In this document: piece after piece, positions 16,059 through 24,725 of the stretch | Numbering within the stretch: position 1 is the first letter of the stretch | Layout: each line of letters begins with the position of its first letter | Origin: Candidatus Omnitrophota bacterium | Lineage (GTDB): Bacteria; Omnitrophota; Gorgyraeia; Zapsychrales; JANLHA01 | Direction: 5' to 3' | Length of the DNA stretch: 32,000 bases | Assembly: GCA_963662715.1 (NCBI GenBank) | Contig: OY759724.1 | Span: 150,001 to 182,000 of the forward strand | Translations under genes and position numbers: made by a program | Notes under the pieces: model-generated | What the model was told of the DNA's origin: nothing | The model's database searches: none | Seen by the model: the letters and a program-made list of their open reading frames with translations, nothing else

Positions 16059-17045
16059 ATGGGAAAAATAGTCGAATGTGAACTGTGCCCCCGGCATTGC
16101 CGGCTCTCTGACGGACAGCGGGGGAATTGCCGGGCACGGATCAACCGGAATGGGAAGCTTTACAGCCTGGTATACGGAAATCCTTGCGCTGTGCATGTTG
16201 ATCCGATTGAAAAGAAACCCTTGTTTCATGTTCTTCCGGCAACCGGAGCTTTTTCTATAGCGACGGCCGGATGTAATTTACATTGCAAATACTGCCAGAA
16301 CTGGCAAATCTCCCAGAGACCACCGGAAAAAACTTTCAATTATGATTTACCCCCCGAACACGTCGTGCAGAAAGCGCTGGAAACGGACTGCCGCAGCGTT
16401 GCTTATACTTACTCAGAGCCGATCATATTTTATGAATATATGCTGGACACCGCCAAACTGGCCCGGCAAAAAAACCTTTTAAACGTCATGGTCACCGCCG
16501 GCTACATCGAGCGCCGGCCGCTCCTGAATCTTTGTCCGTTCATTGATGCCGCCAATATCGATCTCAAAGGGATTACGGACGATTATTACCGCAGGATGTC
16601 CGAAGCCACCCTGCAGCCGGTCCTGGATGCGATCATGATCATGAAACAGAACAACGTCTTTGTAGAATTGACGAATCTCATTGTCCCGACCTGGAACGAC
16701 AAAGAAAAAGATATCCGGGCGCTCTGCCGGTGGGTGGCGCAGAATCCCGGGAAAGACACTCCGGTTCATTTCTCCCGGTTCACCCCGATGCACAAGCTCA
16801 AGAATCTGCCGCATACTCCGGTAGAAACACTCACCATGGCCTGGGAAATCGCTCAGGAAGAAGGTCTGCAGTTTGCCTATGTCGGGAATGTTCCCCGGCA
16901 TCGCGGGAATAACACCTACTGTCCTCAGGACAAAAAACTCCTGATCAAACGCATCGGATATATCATTCTGGAGAATAATATCAAGAACGGGGCCTGTCCC
17001 TACTGTCAGGCCCCGATCCCCGGCATCTGGGGAAAAAATATGTGA
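16059..17045 (+). CDS. Radical SAM enzyme, AmmeMemoRadiSam-system / PflA-like activase type
   Basis: 328 aa. It has an N-terminal Cys cluster CELCPRHC...GNC, then KLYSLVYGNPCAVHVDPIEKKPLFH, and the radical SAM motif CNLHCKYCQNWQIS. The family assignment is from memory of TIGR04337-type sequences. Confidence 0.85.
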   Translation: MGKIVECELCPRHCRLSDGQRGNCRARINRNGKLYSLVYGNPCAVHVDPIEKKPLFHVLPATGAFSIATAGCNLHCKYCQNWQISQRPPEKTFNYDLPPEHVVQKALETDCRSVAYTYSEPIIFYEYMLDTAKLARQKNLLNVMVTAGYIERRPLLNLCPFIDAANIDLKGITDDYYRRMSEATLQPVLDAIMIMKQNNVFVELTNLIVPTWNDKEKDIRALCRWVAQNPGKDTPVHFSRFTPMHKLKNLPHTPVETLTMAWEIAQEEGLQFAYVGNVPRHRGNNTYCPQDKKLLIKRIGYIILENNIKNGACPYCQAPIPGIWGKNM

Positions 17046-17053
17046 GGGGTCAA

Positions 17054-17221
17054 ATGAAACACATAAAAATGGACAGAAAAAGCTTCTTAAAATGGTTAGG
17101 GACCTTTTTCATCGGGCTTATCGCAGGACGCCGTTTTCGGGAAGACTCTTCCGGAGAGGAAAAAAAATACCGGGGACACGAAGCGCAATTTTATAAATCA
17201 GCCGACCGGTTGGCCGGTTAA
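17054..17221 (+). CDS. Unlisted 55-aa ORF: Tat-like/hydrophobic N-terminus with a C-terminal DSSG...HEAQFYK motif
   Basis: It translates as MKHIKMDRKSFLKWLGTFFIGLIAGRRFREDSSGEEKKYRGHEAQFYKSADRLAG. A GAGGGG SD lies 4 nt upstream of the ATG. The ORF is below the 60-aa track cutoff. Its stop overlaps the convergent gene's stop by 3 nt (17219-17220 in 17218-17220). Confidence 0.4.
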   Translation: MKHIKMDRKSFLKWLGTFFIGLIAGRRFREDSSGEEKKYRGHEAQFYKSADRLAG

Positions 17222-19491
17222 ACGGCAGACTCGCCCCTCTTGAGCAATAACCAGACAGCCCCATTCATAAGGGCCAGGAAACAGGCCACCTGCACCATCC
17301 CCCACAAGGGGATCAAAAGGGTCCCGGTCAAAACCGCCCCGGCCGTGGCGCCCAGAACATCAATGGCATATGTTTCGCCCGCAGAAGAAGCCACACTCTT
17401 CTTTCCGCCGGAATTATAGTCTAATAAAGAAACCGCCAAAGGATACTGTGCCCCGCCAAAATAGCCGGCCATGACAGGCAATGCCGTATATGTCATCGCA
17501 ATCATCCCGCCGTTCCCGGGAGGGAAAACGGCACGCTGATAAACAAAGAAAACGACCGGAAGGAAAACCGGATAAACAGAAATAGCGGCTTGTATTTTTT
17601 GATAGGTCCGCCATTGTTCTTCAACGGGCGCGCTTAACCATTGCACCGCCCTTAAACTCCCGGCAATAAGGCCGATCATAAAAAACGCCAGTATCAGACC
17701 GATTTGATAATAGGCGTAACCATAAAGGGCCTGGAAAGATAAAATGACAATAATCTGAAATGCAATTTCCGAGAACCCGGTGGTCAGCATCGACAGTTTC
17801 ACCGGGAAAGCGGCAGACGATTTGAACCGACAAACACCCAACAAAAAGAGGCCTCCGGGAATCAGCCATAACAGCAGCTGCAATCTTTGCATCCGGCTGA
17901 ACAAAGTCTTAAACAGGGAGTTAAAATGCGAGGACCACAACAGAGTATCATATAAATACGCAATAGGATGAGCATCGGTGTTGATATCACCTTCTTTTTG
18001 CAGGACATCTTCAATATATGCAATGCGGTCTGCGCTCATCTTATAAGGCAGATAGTACTCCCGGACATATTCCGTTCTAATGCCCCTTTCGCGCAAACGG
18101 CTCAAGTACAGATTGGCATCATAGGACAAAACACCCTTTTGCTGACAGGCTAAAAAGATGCTGGTGTCTCCCGGGATGGATTTCACATCGGCAAAAACAG
18201 CTTTTAATGTTGAGTGGATCGACCGGAGAAAAGCCCGGGCTTCTTCATTGAGGTAATTTTCCGAGGAAGAAACAGCCAGAGAGATTATCCCTCCCTGCTT
18301 AAGGTTCCCCCGGACCTCCTGAAAAAATTCCAGGGTATAATAACGGTTGATCATCGCGTTGAGCGGATCGGCCAGATTTAAAATAATCAGGTCATATGTC
18401 TGACCGGAATTCTTCAAAAGCAAGCGGGCATCGGCAAACCTGATTTGCAGTCTGGGATCACGAAGGGGCTCGAGGACATCCTCCGGCAATGTCTGCGCAG
18501 CCAAACGGATGACCTGCGGGTCAAGATCAATATAATCGACGTGATCCACCGGATACTTTAAAATCTCCCTTAAGCTTCCGTCTAAAGCACTGCCGATCAA
18601 TAAAACATCTTGGGGCCGGGGATGCGCCAGCATCGGAAAATGAATGATCTCCTCACTGCTGTATTCCTCCCTCGTGGAGAAAGATAATACCCCGTTCTCG
18701 TATAGGATCCGGTCATGCCCCCCTTCCACCATCGTAAGGTTCCCGTATTTGGAATCGCTGATCCCTAAAATCCTGAATCCCTGCCATTGGACACTACGGG
18801 ACCAGTGATCCGTTTTTTGCATCCCTCCCGTCAGGATAAAAACGGCGAAAGCCAGGAACAGGCTCAAATGAACGAAGCGTCTTCTCGGAGCACGCAACAT
18901 CATAACGGACATAACGGACAAATTGATAAAACTGACAACAAACGCGATATGCAGAGCAGGAAATCTCTGAACCAGGAAAAAGCTGAAAATCAGCCCGCCG
19001 ACAGCAGACCCCAGAGCTTCGGTTAAATAAATCCGGCTGACGCTGACGACATGTTTCCGCTTAAGTCCGTCTGATTCGGCCCATCGGCAAACTAATGAAT
19101 AAATACTTCCAAAAACGAAAGCCAGGGGCGCCACTTCAAAAAAATCGATCAGGAAAATCATGGGGATACCGACGATCTCTCCCAGGGGGATATTCAAGAC
19201 AGACCGAAGCACGCGCATTGAACAAACCGTAAGGGGCACTCCGGCCGAGACTCCGTACAATAAAAACAATAAAGATGTCTCCGGGTGACGGCCTGGCCAC
19301 GCGAACCGGCTTGCGGCGAAACTCCCCAGGCCGACCCAGAACAACCAGCAGCCGAGAATAATGGCATAGGCTGTTTCATTCCCGTAAAAGACGGCAATCG
19401 CTTCTCTCAACAGGACGACCTGACTGACAGCGGCGCTCAAGCCGAGAATAAAAGCAAAAAGAATCTGCTGTTTATTGATTCTGAACATCAT
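17218..19491 (-). CDS. Fused polytopic membrane protein / spermidine synthase-like methyltransferase-fold protein
   Basis: The longest ORF is 784 aa (to 19572), but that start overlaps the upstream SDR gene by 44 nt. The MMFRINKQ start at 19491 has an AGGGGA SD 9 nt upstream. About 7 TM helices precede a SpeE-like core (VLLIGSALDGSLREIL, IDLDPQVI, DLIILNLADP), followed by about 6 more TM helices. Confidence 0.75.
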   Translation of the reverse strand: MMFRINKQQILFAFILGLSAAVSQVVLLREAIAVFYGNETAYAIILGCWLFWVGLGSFAASRFAWPGRHPETSLLFLLYGVSAGVPLTVCSMRVLRSVLNIPLGEIVGIPMIFLIDFFEVAPLAFVFGSIYSLVCRWAESDGLKRKHVVSVSRIYLTEALGSAVGGLIFSFFLVQRFPALHIAFVVSFINLSVMSVMMLRAPRRRFVHLSLFLAFAVFILTGGMQKTDHWSRSVQWQGFRILGISDSKYGNLTMVEGGHDRILYENGVLSFSTREEYSSEEIIHFPMLAHPRPQDVLLIGSALDGSLREILKYPVDHVDYIDLDPQVIRLAAQTLPEDVLEPLRDPRLQIRFADARLLLKNSGQTYDLIILNLADPLNAMINRYYTLEFFQEVRGNLKQGGIISLAVSSSENYLNEEARAFLRSIHSTLKAVFADVKSIPGDTSIFLACQQKGVLSYDANLYLSRLRERGIRTEYVREYYLPYKMSADRIAYIEDVLQKEGDINTDAHPIAYLYDTLLWSSHFNSLFKTLFSRMQRLQLLLWLIPGGLFLLGVCRFKSSAAFPVKLSMLTTGFSEIAFQIIVILSFQALYGYAYYQIGLILAFFMIGLIAGSLRAVQWLSAPVEEQWRTYQKIQAAISVYPVFLPVVFFVYQRAVFPPGNGGMIAMTYTALPVMAGYFGGAQYPLAVSLLDYNSGGKKSVASSAGETYAIDVLGATAGAVLTGTLLIPLWGMVQVACFLALMNGAVWLLLKRGESAV

Positions 19492-19528
19492 CAATATAAA
19501 TCCCCTAAAAGACTTCTCCTGCGGGTTT

Positions 19529-20545
19529 TTACGGTTTCTTTCTATAGGGAGGCTTAACCCACGGCGGATCACCCGGGTAACGATGTTCCGGATGAGGGTA
19601 TCCTTTCAGGGACGCCTCCTCTTCAGGGGGAGATTCCACCCCTAAAGAAAAACGAATGGCTTGTTTGCAGGTGATTAATGTCTGAGGAATCAGTCTCCGG
19701 ATCTGGTTATCTTCGCAAACAACTTTATTCTTTAACCCTTCTGCCAGAGGTCTTGCCAGCGAGGCAGAAATAGGGGTGACGAAACTGATCCAATAAGAAC
19801 TGAGCCGGGGGCTCAGGACAGGAACCGGGATGATGAGGCGGGGCCGGTGCCCTTCCTCTTTGGCAAAAATGTTCATCAACTGCCTGTAGGTCACTATCTC
19901 GGGTCCGCCGATATCAAAAGTTTTCCCTGCCGTCTCTCCGCACTCCAAGCATCCCGTCAGATAAGTCAAAACATTTCGAACGGCTATCGGCTGGGACTCC
20001 GTGTGCAGCCACTTCGGGGTTATCATGATCGGCAAGCGGTCAACGAGATAACGCATAATCTCAAAAGAAGCGCTTCCGGCCCCCAGGATCACGGCGGCCC
20101 GCAGAATCGTCGTGGGGACGGACCCCGACTGTAAAATTTCCCCGACTTCAACACGCGAACGCAAATGTTTACTCAACTGCTCTTTGTCAGCGGCTAACCC
20201 CCCGAGATACAATATCCTCCTCAACCCGTGGACCCCGGCGGCTTTGACAGCATTCTGAGCTGCCTCCCGGTCAGCCTGAACGAAATCTTTATGCGTCGGG
20301 TCCATGGAATGAACAAAATAATACAGGGCCTCACATCCTTCACACGCACGAAGAACGGCAGGATAATCCATGAGATCCGTAGGGCTGAGCTCAACATGAG
20401 GATGGCCGGACCACATCCGCTTTTTCAAGGCAGGAAGAGACCGGCTTGCCGCCCGGATGAAATATCCCTGGGCAAGAAGACGGGGGATCAGGCGGCTCCC
20501 CACGTATCCGGAAGCTCCCAGAACCAATATTCTCTTTATGGCCAT
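19529..20545 (-). CDS. NAD(P)-binding SDR / NmrA-like epimerase-dehydratase family protein
   Basis: 338 aa with the Rossmann motif ILVLGASGYVGSRLIPRLL. It has the atypical-SDR length and layout. Confidence 0.75.
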   Translation of the reverse strand: MAIKRILVLGASGYVGSRLIPRLLAQGYFIRAASRSLPALKKRMWSGHPHVELSPTDLMDYPAVLRACEGCEALYYFVHSMDPTHKDFVQADREAAQNAVKAAGVHGLRRILYLGGLAADKEQLSKHLRSRVEVGEILQSGSVPTTILRAAVILGAGSASFEIMRYLVDRLPIMITPKWLHTESQPIAVRNVLTYLTGCLECGETAGKTFDIGGPEIVTYRQLMNIFAKEEGHRPRLIIPVPVLSPRLSSYWISFVTPISASLARPLAEGLKNKVVCEDNQIRRLIPQTLITCKQAIRFSLGVESPPEEEASLKGYPHPEHRYPGDPPWVKPPYRKKP

Positions 20546-20657
20546 AACACAAATTCTTTTCTTGTGATAAAATGGTAGCGTCTTTGCAGTGTAAGTATTT
20601 TACTGCGAAAAACGACAAATCCATAATAATTTTAAAGGAAATCTTTTAATATAGGGG

Positions 20658-21017
20658 ATGAAAAGGATGACCAAAACACTTATAAAAGCAATAATAATTA
20701 GCACTGTTCTTTTGCTCCAGCCCAAAGGGGCGGAAAGCCAACCCGCCAAGAAATTAGGCCGGGGTGTCATAAACATAGCAACAGCGCCGCTAGAAGTGCC
20801 CAAACAAGCCAGAATCTACTGGAAAGAAGGCGCGAAGAAAACGGATCATATCCTGGTGTGGATATTTTCAGGGATTGTTAAAGGCGGGGCCAACACGGCG
20901 GGAAGACTCGGCTCCGGACTCTGGGATGTGGTCACTTTTCCGTTCAATATCCCCAAAGACAAAAAAGCTCTTTTCCAGCCTGAATACGTGTTTTCTGATT
21001 ATCAGGAGTTATTCTAA
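20658..21017 (+). CDS. Small exported protein resembling the exosortase system-associated TIGR04073 family
   Basis: 119 aa. A signal peptide is followed by KLGRGVINIATAPLEVPKQ...GIVKGGANTAGRLGSGLWDVVTFPFNIP. The match to the family pattern is recalled from memory. The second ATG at 20667 may be the real start. Confidence 0.6.
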   Translation: MKRMTKTLIKAIIISTVLLLQPKGAESQPAKKLGRGVINIATAPLEVPKQARIYWKEGAKKTDHILVWIFSGIVKGGANTAGRLGSGLWDVVTFPFNIPKDKKALFQPEYVFSDYQELF

Positions 21018-21064
21018 AGGCCGGTTCGCTCCGGCGCACGGACGCCCCCATCTGCCGGGAAAAA

Positions 21065-23491
21065 CTATTGAGGAATCTGCACTTTTAAATAATGCCCCAG
21101 TTGATTAAAAAAATCCATCCAGACTTTTGCATTCTCATCCCCCAGACTTGCCCGGTTCTTCATATTGCCGTAGCGTTCCTTCCCGATGGAAAAATAAATG
21201 TTCTGGGCTTTCCACAAGTCGACATTCAACTGCAGGGGACTGCAAATACGCAGTAACGTGGCCAGGTTTTTCAAAGGCGTCACATCCGACGGGTTCTCAT
21301 AAACAGAACCCATCAATGTATTGACTTTTTTGCGGAGCATAAATTCTAAAGTAACCCGGTCAATTTCAAAAGACCATTCGATAACCTCTGAAACGAGCTG
21401 TTCCAGTTTTTTGAAATCGGGCTCGTCATCCCCGATGACATGCAGGATATCGGTGTTCAGCATGACCAGCACCGTGTTCGCCAGGACTTTGGGAAGCGGG
21501 ATATGCAGCTGCTTGATAACCTGGATAATCGGATAATGGTGTTCGTTAATCTGCCGGAGGGAGACCTCGATCTCTTCCAGGGTTGTGTGCAGGATCTGAT
21601 ATAAAATCTTTGTCTGTTCATCCTTGAATAAATGCCAGAGGGAATAATTGCCGCCGTCAAAATTCTGTTCAATCGAATTAATTGTCCCGGTGATGTCTCC
21701 CCGGCGGAAGACCTCTTTCAGGTCATGCTGCATCTTCACAAAACTCTTTTCGTCCAAAAAGGGCCTCACGCCGCCGATGATATTGTGGTCTCCCAGGTGA
21801 AGGACAGCGAAAGTGATCACCTGTTCTTCCCAGGTAATATCGGATCTGATCAAGGCTTTCCCGACAGCGAATTTCAGCTTCCCGACTTCCGAACAATCAT
21901 AAAGCTGATCGACGGCCGTATAGCTGTAAATGGTCGTTGTCTGGGCGTATTCTTCAAAAAGCGAAGAAACGGCATAATGGGCCGCGACACGAACGAGGTC
22001 CAAGACCCTCGGCTTGACCAATTGTTCATAAACAACCGCCCCGTTCTTGAATTTAGGAATATTGCTTGGGGCTTTTTTCAAAAAATTCAAAAAGTTGTCT
22101 TCCAGCGGTTTGGAACTAATATCGCTGGCCAGCTGAATTGTCCTGGCGGCATACTGCAATATCTGAACGGTTTCAATGCCGGAGATCTCGTCAAAGAACC
22201 ATCCGCAACTCGTATACATCAACATGGCGTGCCGCTGAATTTCCATCAACTTCAATATCTTGATCTCTTCTGTCCGGTTGAGCTTCTTTTTGGCATGTCG
22301 GGAAAAAAATTCTTCAATATTTTCCGAAGAACGGTCTAAAATAACATCAATGTAATCATTCCTGGCTAACCAGGGGTCTTTGATCAGTTTCTTTGTCTCT
22401 GACTCGTAGATATGAATCAGCTGGTCCCGCAGCCAGTCCAAAGCCTCCCGAAGCGGCTGCCGCCAGGACTGGGTCCACCCCGCGTGCATACCGGAATGAC
22501 ATCCGCAGTTCGTTCTCCAGCGTTCAATGCCGTGAATGCAGCTCCACGAAGAGTTCTCAAAGATTTCCACTTCCTCTTCCGGGGGATGCTGGGCCAAAAA
22601 TTCTCCGTAATTCGTAAATTCGGCTAAATTATTCGTCCGGACATGATTGATGCAGTAAGCCAAGGCCATATCCCCCAAGTTATGATGATGACCGTACGTT
22701 TCCCCGTCCGTGGCGATATGAACCATCTGCACCTCGTCATCCTGAGAGAAAGCCCCTATAAGCCTGTTGGCAAATTCTTCGCCGTTCTCCAAAAGTCTTT
22801 CAAAGGCGATGCCTTGTGAAATAGGACCGTCATAGAAAAACAACGTGATTGTTTTTCCGGAAGGCAAATGACACATATAGGGTTTACGGGGGTTGATCTT
22901 GCTGCCGCTGACGTCTGTCCATTTCTTCTCCTTTTTTTTCCGCACCCTTTTGGCCTGCCGCGGGGCCAGAATCGTAAACGAAATCCCATGCTGACCAAGC
23001 AGATCCAACGTCTCTAAATCCACCGCCGTCTCCGGCAGCCACATCCCCTCGGCTTTCCGGCCGAAACGGAATTCAAAATCCTTGAGCCCCCAGACCACCT
23101 GCGTAAGCTTGTCGCGAGAATTGGCCAAAGGCATAATCATATGGTTATAACACTGCGCCAGGGCTGAACCATGTCCGGAAAAAGTCTGCCGGCTTTCGAT
23201 ATCCGCCTGAACAATCGCCTGATGGGCTTCGGGTTCGTTACGATGCATCCAGGACAAAAGCGTAGGGCCGAAGTTGAAGCTGATCTGAGAGTAATTGTTG
23301 ACGATATCAATAATATTTTTATGGGCATCGAGAATGCGGGAGGCGGTGTTCGTCGCATAACATTCCGCGGTAATTCTCTGATTCCAGTCATGGAAAGGAT
23401 ACGCAGACTCCTGCATTTCGACTTCTTCAAGCCAGGGATTTTCCCTCGGAGGCTGATAAAAATGGCCATGGATACACATATAACGATTCAT
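21065..23491 (-). CDS. Glycoside hydrolase family 57 protein (long form with a C-terminal DUF3536-like region)
   Basis: The longest ORF runs to 23539. The conserved N-terminus MNRYMCIHGHFYQPPRENPW begins at 23491. A catalytic-region motif IATDGETYGHHH is present. Confidence 0.85.
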   Translation of the reverse strand: MNRYMCIHGHFYQPPRENPWLEEVEMQESAYPFHDWNQRITAECYATNTASRILDAHKNIIDIVNNYSQISFNFGPTLLSWMHRNEPEAHQAIVQADIESRQTFSGHGSALAQCYNHMIMPLANSRDKLTQVVWGLKDFEFRFGRKAEGMWLPETAVDLETLDLLGQHGISFTILAPRQAKRVRKKKEKKWTDVSGSKINPRKPYMCHLPSGKTITLFFYDGPISQGIAFERLLENGEEFANRLIGAFSQDDEVQMVHIATDGETYGHHHNLGDMALAYCINHVRTNNLAEFTNYGEFLAQHPPEEEVEIFENSSWSCIHGIERWRTNCGCHSGMHAGWTQSWRQPLREALDWLRDQLIHIYESETKKLIKDPWLARNDYIDVILDRSSENIEEFFSRHAKKKLNRTEEIKILKLMEIQRHAMLMYTSCGWFFDEISGIETVQILQYAARTIQLASDISSKPLEDNFLNFLKKAPSNIPKFKNGAVVYEQLVKPRVLDLVRVAAHYAVSSLFEEYAQTTTIYSYTAVDQLYDCSEVGKLKFAVGKALIRSDITWEEQVITFAVLHLGDHNIIGGVRPFLDEKSFVKMQHDLKEVFRRGDITGTINSIEQNFDGGNYSLWHLFKDEQTKILYQILHTTLEEIEVSLRQINEHHYPIIQVIKQLHIPLPKVLANTVLVMLNTDILHVIGDDEPDFKKLEQLVSEVIEWSFEIDRVTLEFMLRKKVNTLMGSVYENPSDVTPLKNLATLLRICSPLQLNVDLWKAQNIYFSIGKERYGNMKNRASLGDENAKVWMDFFNQLGHYLKVQIPQ

Positions 23492-23544
23492 ACTCACATC
23501 ATTCCTTTCATTAGAAGCGCAACCCCTGCGCGGGAACAAACACG

Positions 23545-24570
23545 TTATTCTTTTAAACGCATCGAATCTTCGGTATATTCGATAACTTGCCGCATCATTC
23601 TCACACTATCAACAGGAAACTGTCCTGCCGCTGTCTCACCGGATAACATCACATAGTCGGTGCCGTCTAAGATCGCATTGGCGACATCGCTGACTTCGGC
23701 CCTGGTCGGCCGTTTGTTATCCGTCATACTCTCCAGCATCTGTGTCGCTGTAATAGAAAACTTTTTCTTTTTATTGCATCGCCGGATGATACTTTTTTGA
23801 ATAATCGGAATTTTATATATGGGCAAAGAAACCCCCAGGTCTCCCCGGGCGATCATGATGCCGTCACAAGCATCCATAATGGCATCCAGATTACGAACCC
23901 CCTGGTGATTTTCTATTTTGGCATAAATTCTACACTGCGGAAGGGATTTCTCCACCAATCTCCTTACCCGCATAATATCATTACGATTCCGGACAAAAGA
24001 CTGGGCCACGCAATCCACCCCCTGCTGAACACCAAAAGCAATATCCTCCTGATCTTTAAAGGTTAAAATATTCGACTGCAGTTTAAGGCCGGGGACATTA
24101 ATACCCTTCCGGGCTTTAAGTTTCCCCCCCTGACTGACTTTCAAACGGATACGTCGCTGGCTACTGGAAAGCACCTCCAGACAAATCAGACCATCATCAA
24201 TATAGACATGCATCCCCGGCTGAAAAGCCCGCAAGTCAGCATCCAAGTCAAGCGGAATATCCCCGGGAGCGAGGTCTTTTTCATGGGACATCCCGACAAG
24301 CTGATCCCGCATTAGGAGCAGCGGTTGGCTCAGGGAACCAACGCGGATACGGTACCCTTCCAGATCCTGCAGAATTTTGATCTGAAAGCCGTTTTTCTCA
24401 TTAATATCCCGGATCATGCTGATAAACCGGGCATGGTCAGCATGCATGCCGTGCGAAAAATTGAGCCTCGCCACATCCATCCCGTTCTGCGCCATCTGAA
24501 GAATAGTCTCTCTCTCCTGGCATGCTGGACCCAATGTACAAACAATACCTGTTTGGCGACGTATTTTCAT
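23545..24570 (-). CDS. pyk: Pyruvate kinase, short form lacking the C-terminal regulatory domain
   Basis: 341 aa. Motifs are IVCTLGPAC, ARLNFSHG, MIARGDLG, ATQMLESM and MLSGETAAG. The protein ends right after the A-domain. Confidence 0.85.
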   Translation of the reverse strand: MKIRRQTGIVCTLGPACQERETILQMAQNGMDVARLNFSHGMHADHARFISMIRDINEKNGFQIKILQDLEGYRIRVGSLSQPLLLMRDQLVGMSHEKDLAPGDIPLDLDADLRAFQPGMHVYIDDGLICLEVLSSSQRRIRLKVSQGGKLKARKGINVPGLKLQSNILTFKDQEDIAFGVQQGVDCVAQSFVRNRNDIMRVRRLVEKSLPQCRIYAKIENHQGVRNLDAIMDACDGIMIARGDLGVSLPIYKIPIIQKSIIRRCNKKKKFSITATQMLESMTDNKRPTRAEVSDVANAILDGTDYVMLSGETAAGQFPVDSVRMMRQVIEYTEDSMRLKE

Positions 24571-24725
24571 GACAACTCCTGTTATAACAATGAAAAATTA
24601 TTAGCTCACAACATATTTCCCCGTTAGGGCAAACAGGTCAAAACATCACACCGGCACGATGAAATAATGGGTTATTTTATCACAAAACGTCCGCGAAATC
24701 ACACGGATAAAATAAACATTTTTAA

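Noticed and set aside
21018-21064. Bidirectional terminator between the convergent TIGR04073-like and GH57 genes
   Set aside because: Only a 5-bp stem (GCCGG/CCGGC, 21020-21035) is present and no U-tract follows, so it is not convincing.
21632-22339. 235-aa plus-strand ORF inside the GH57 gene
   Set aside because: It is antisense to a well-supported gene, with no motifs and no SD or start context. It is a shadow ORF.
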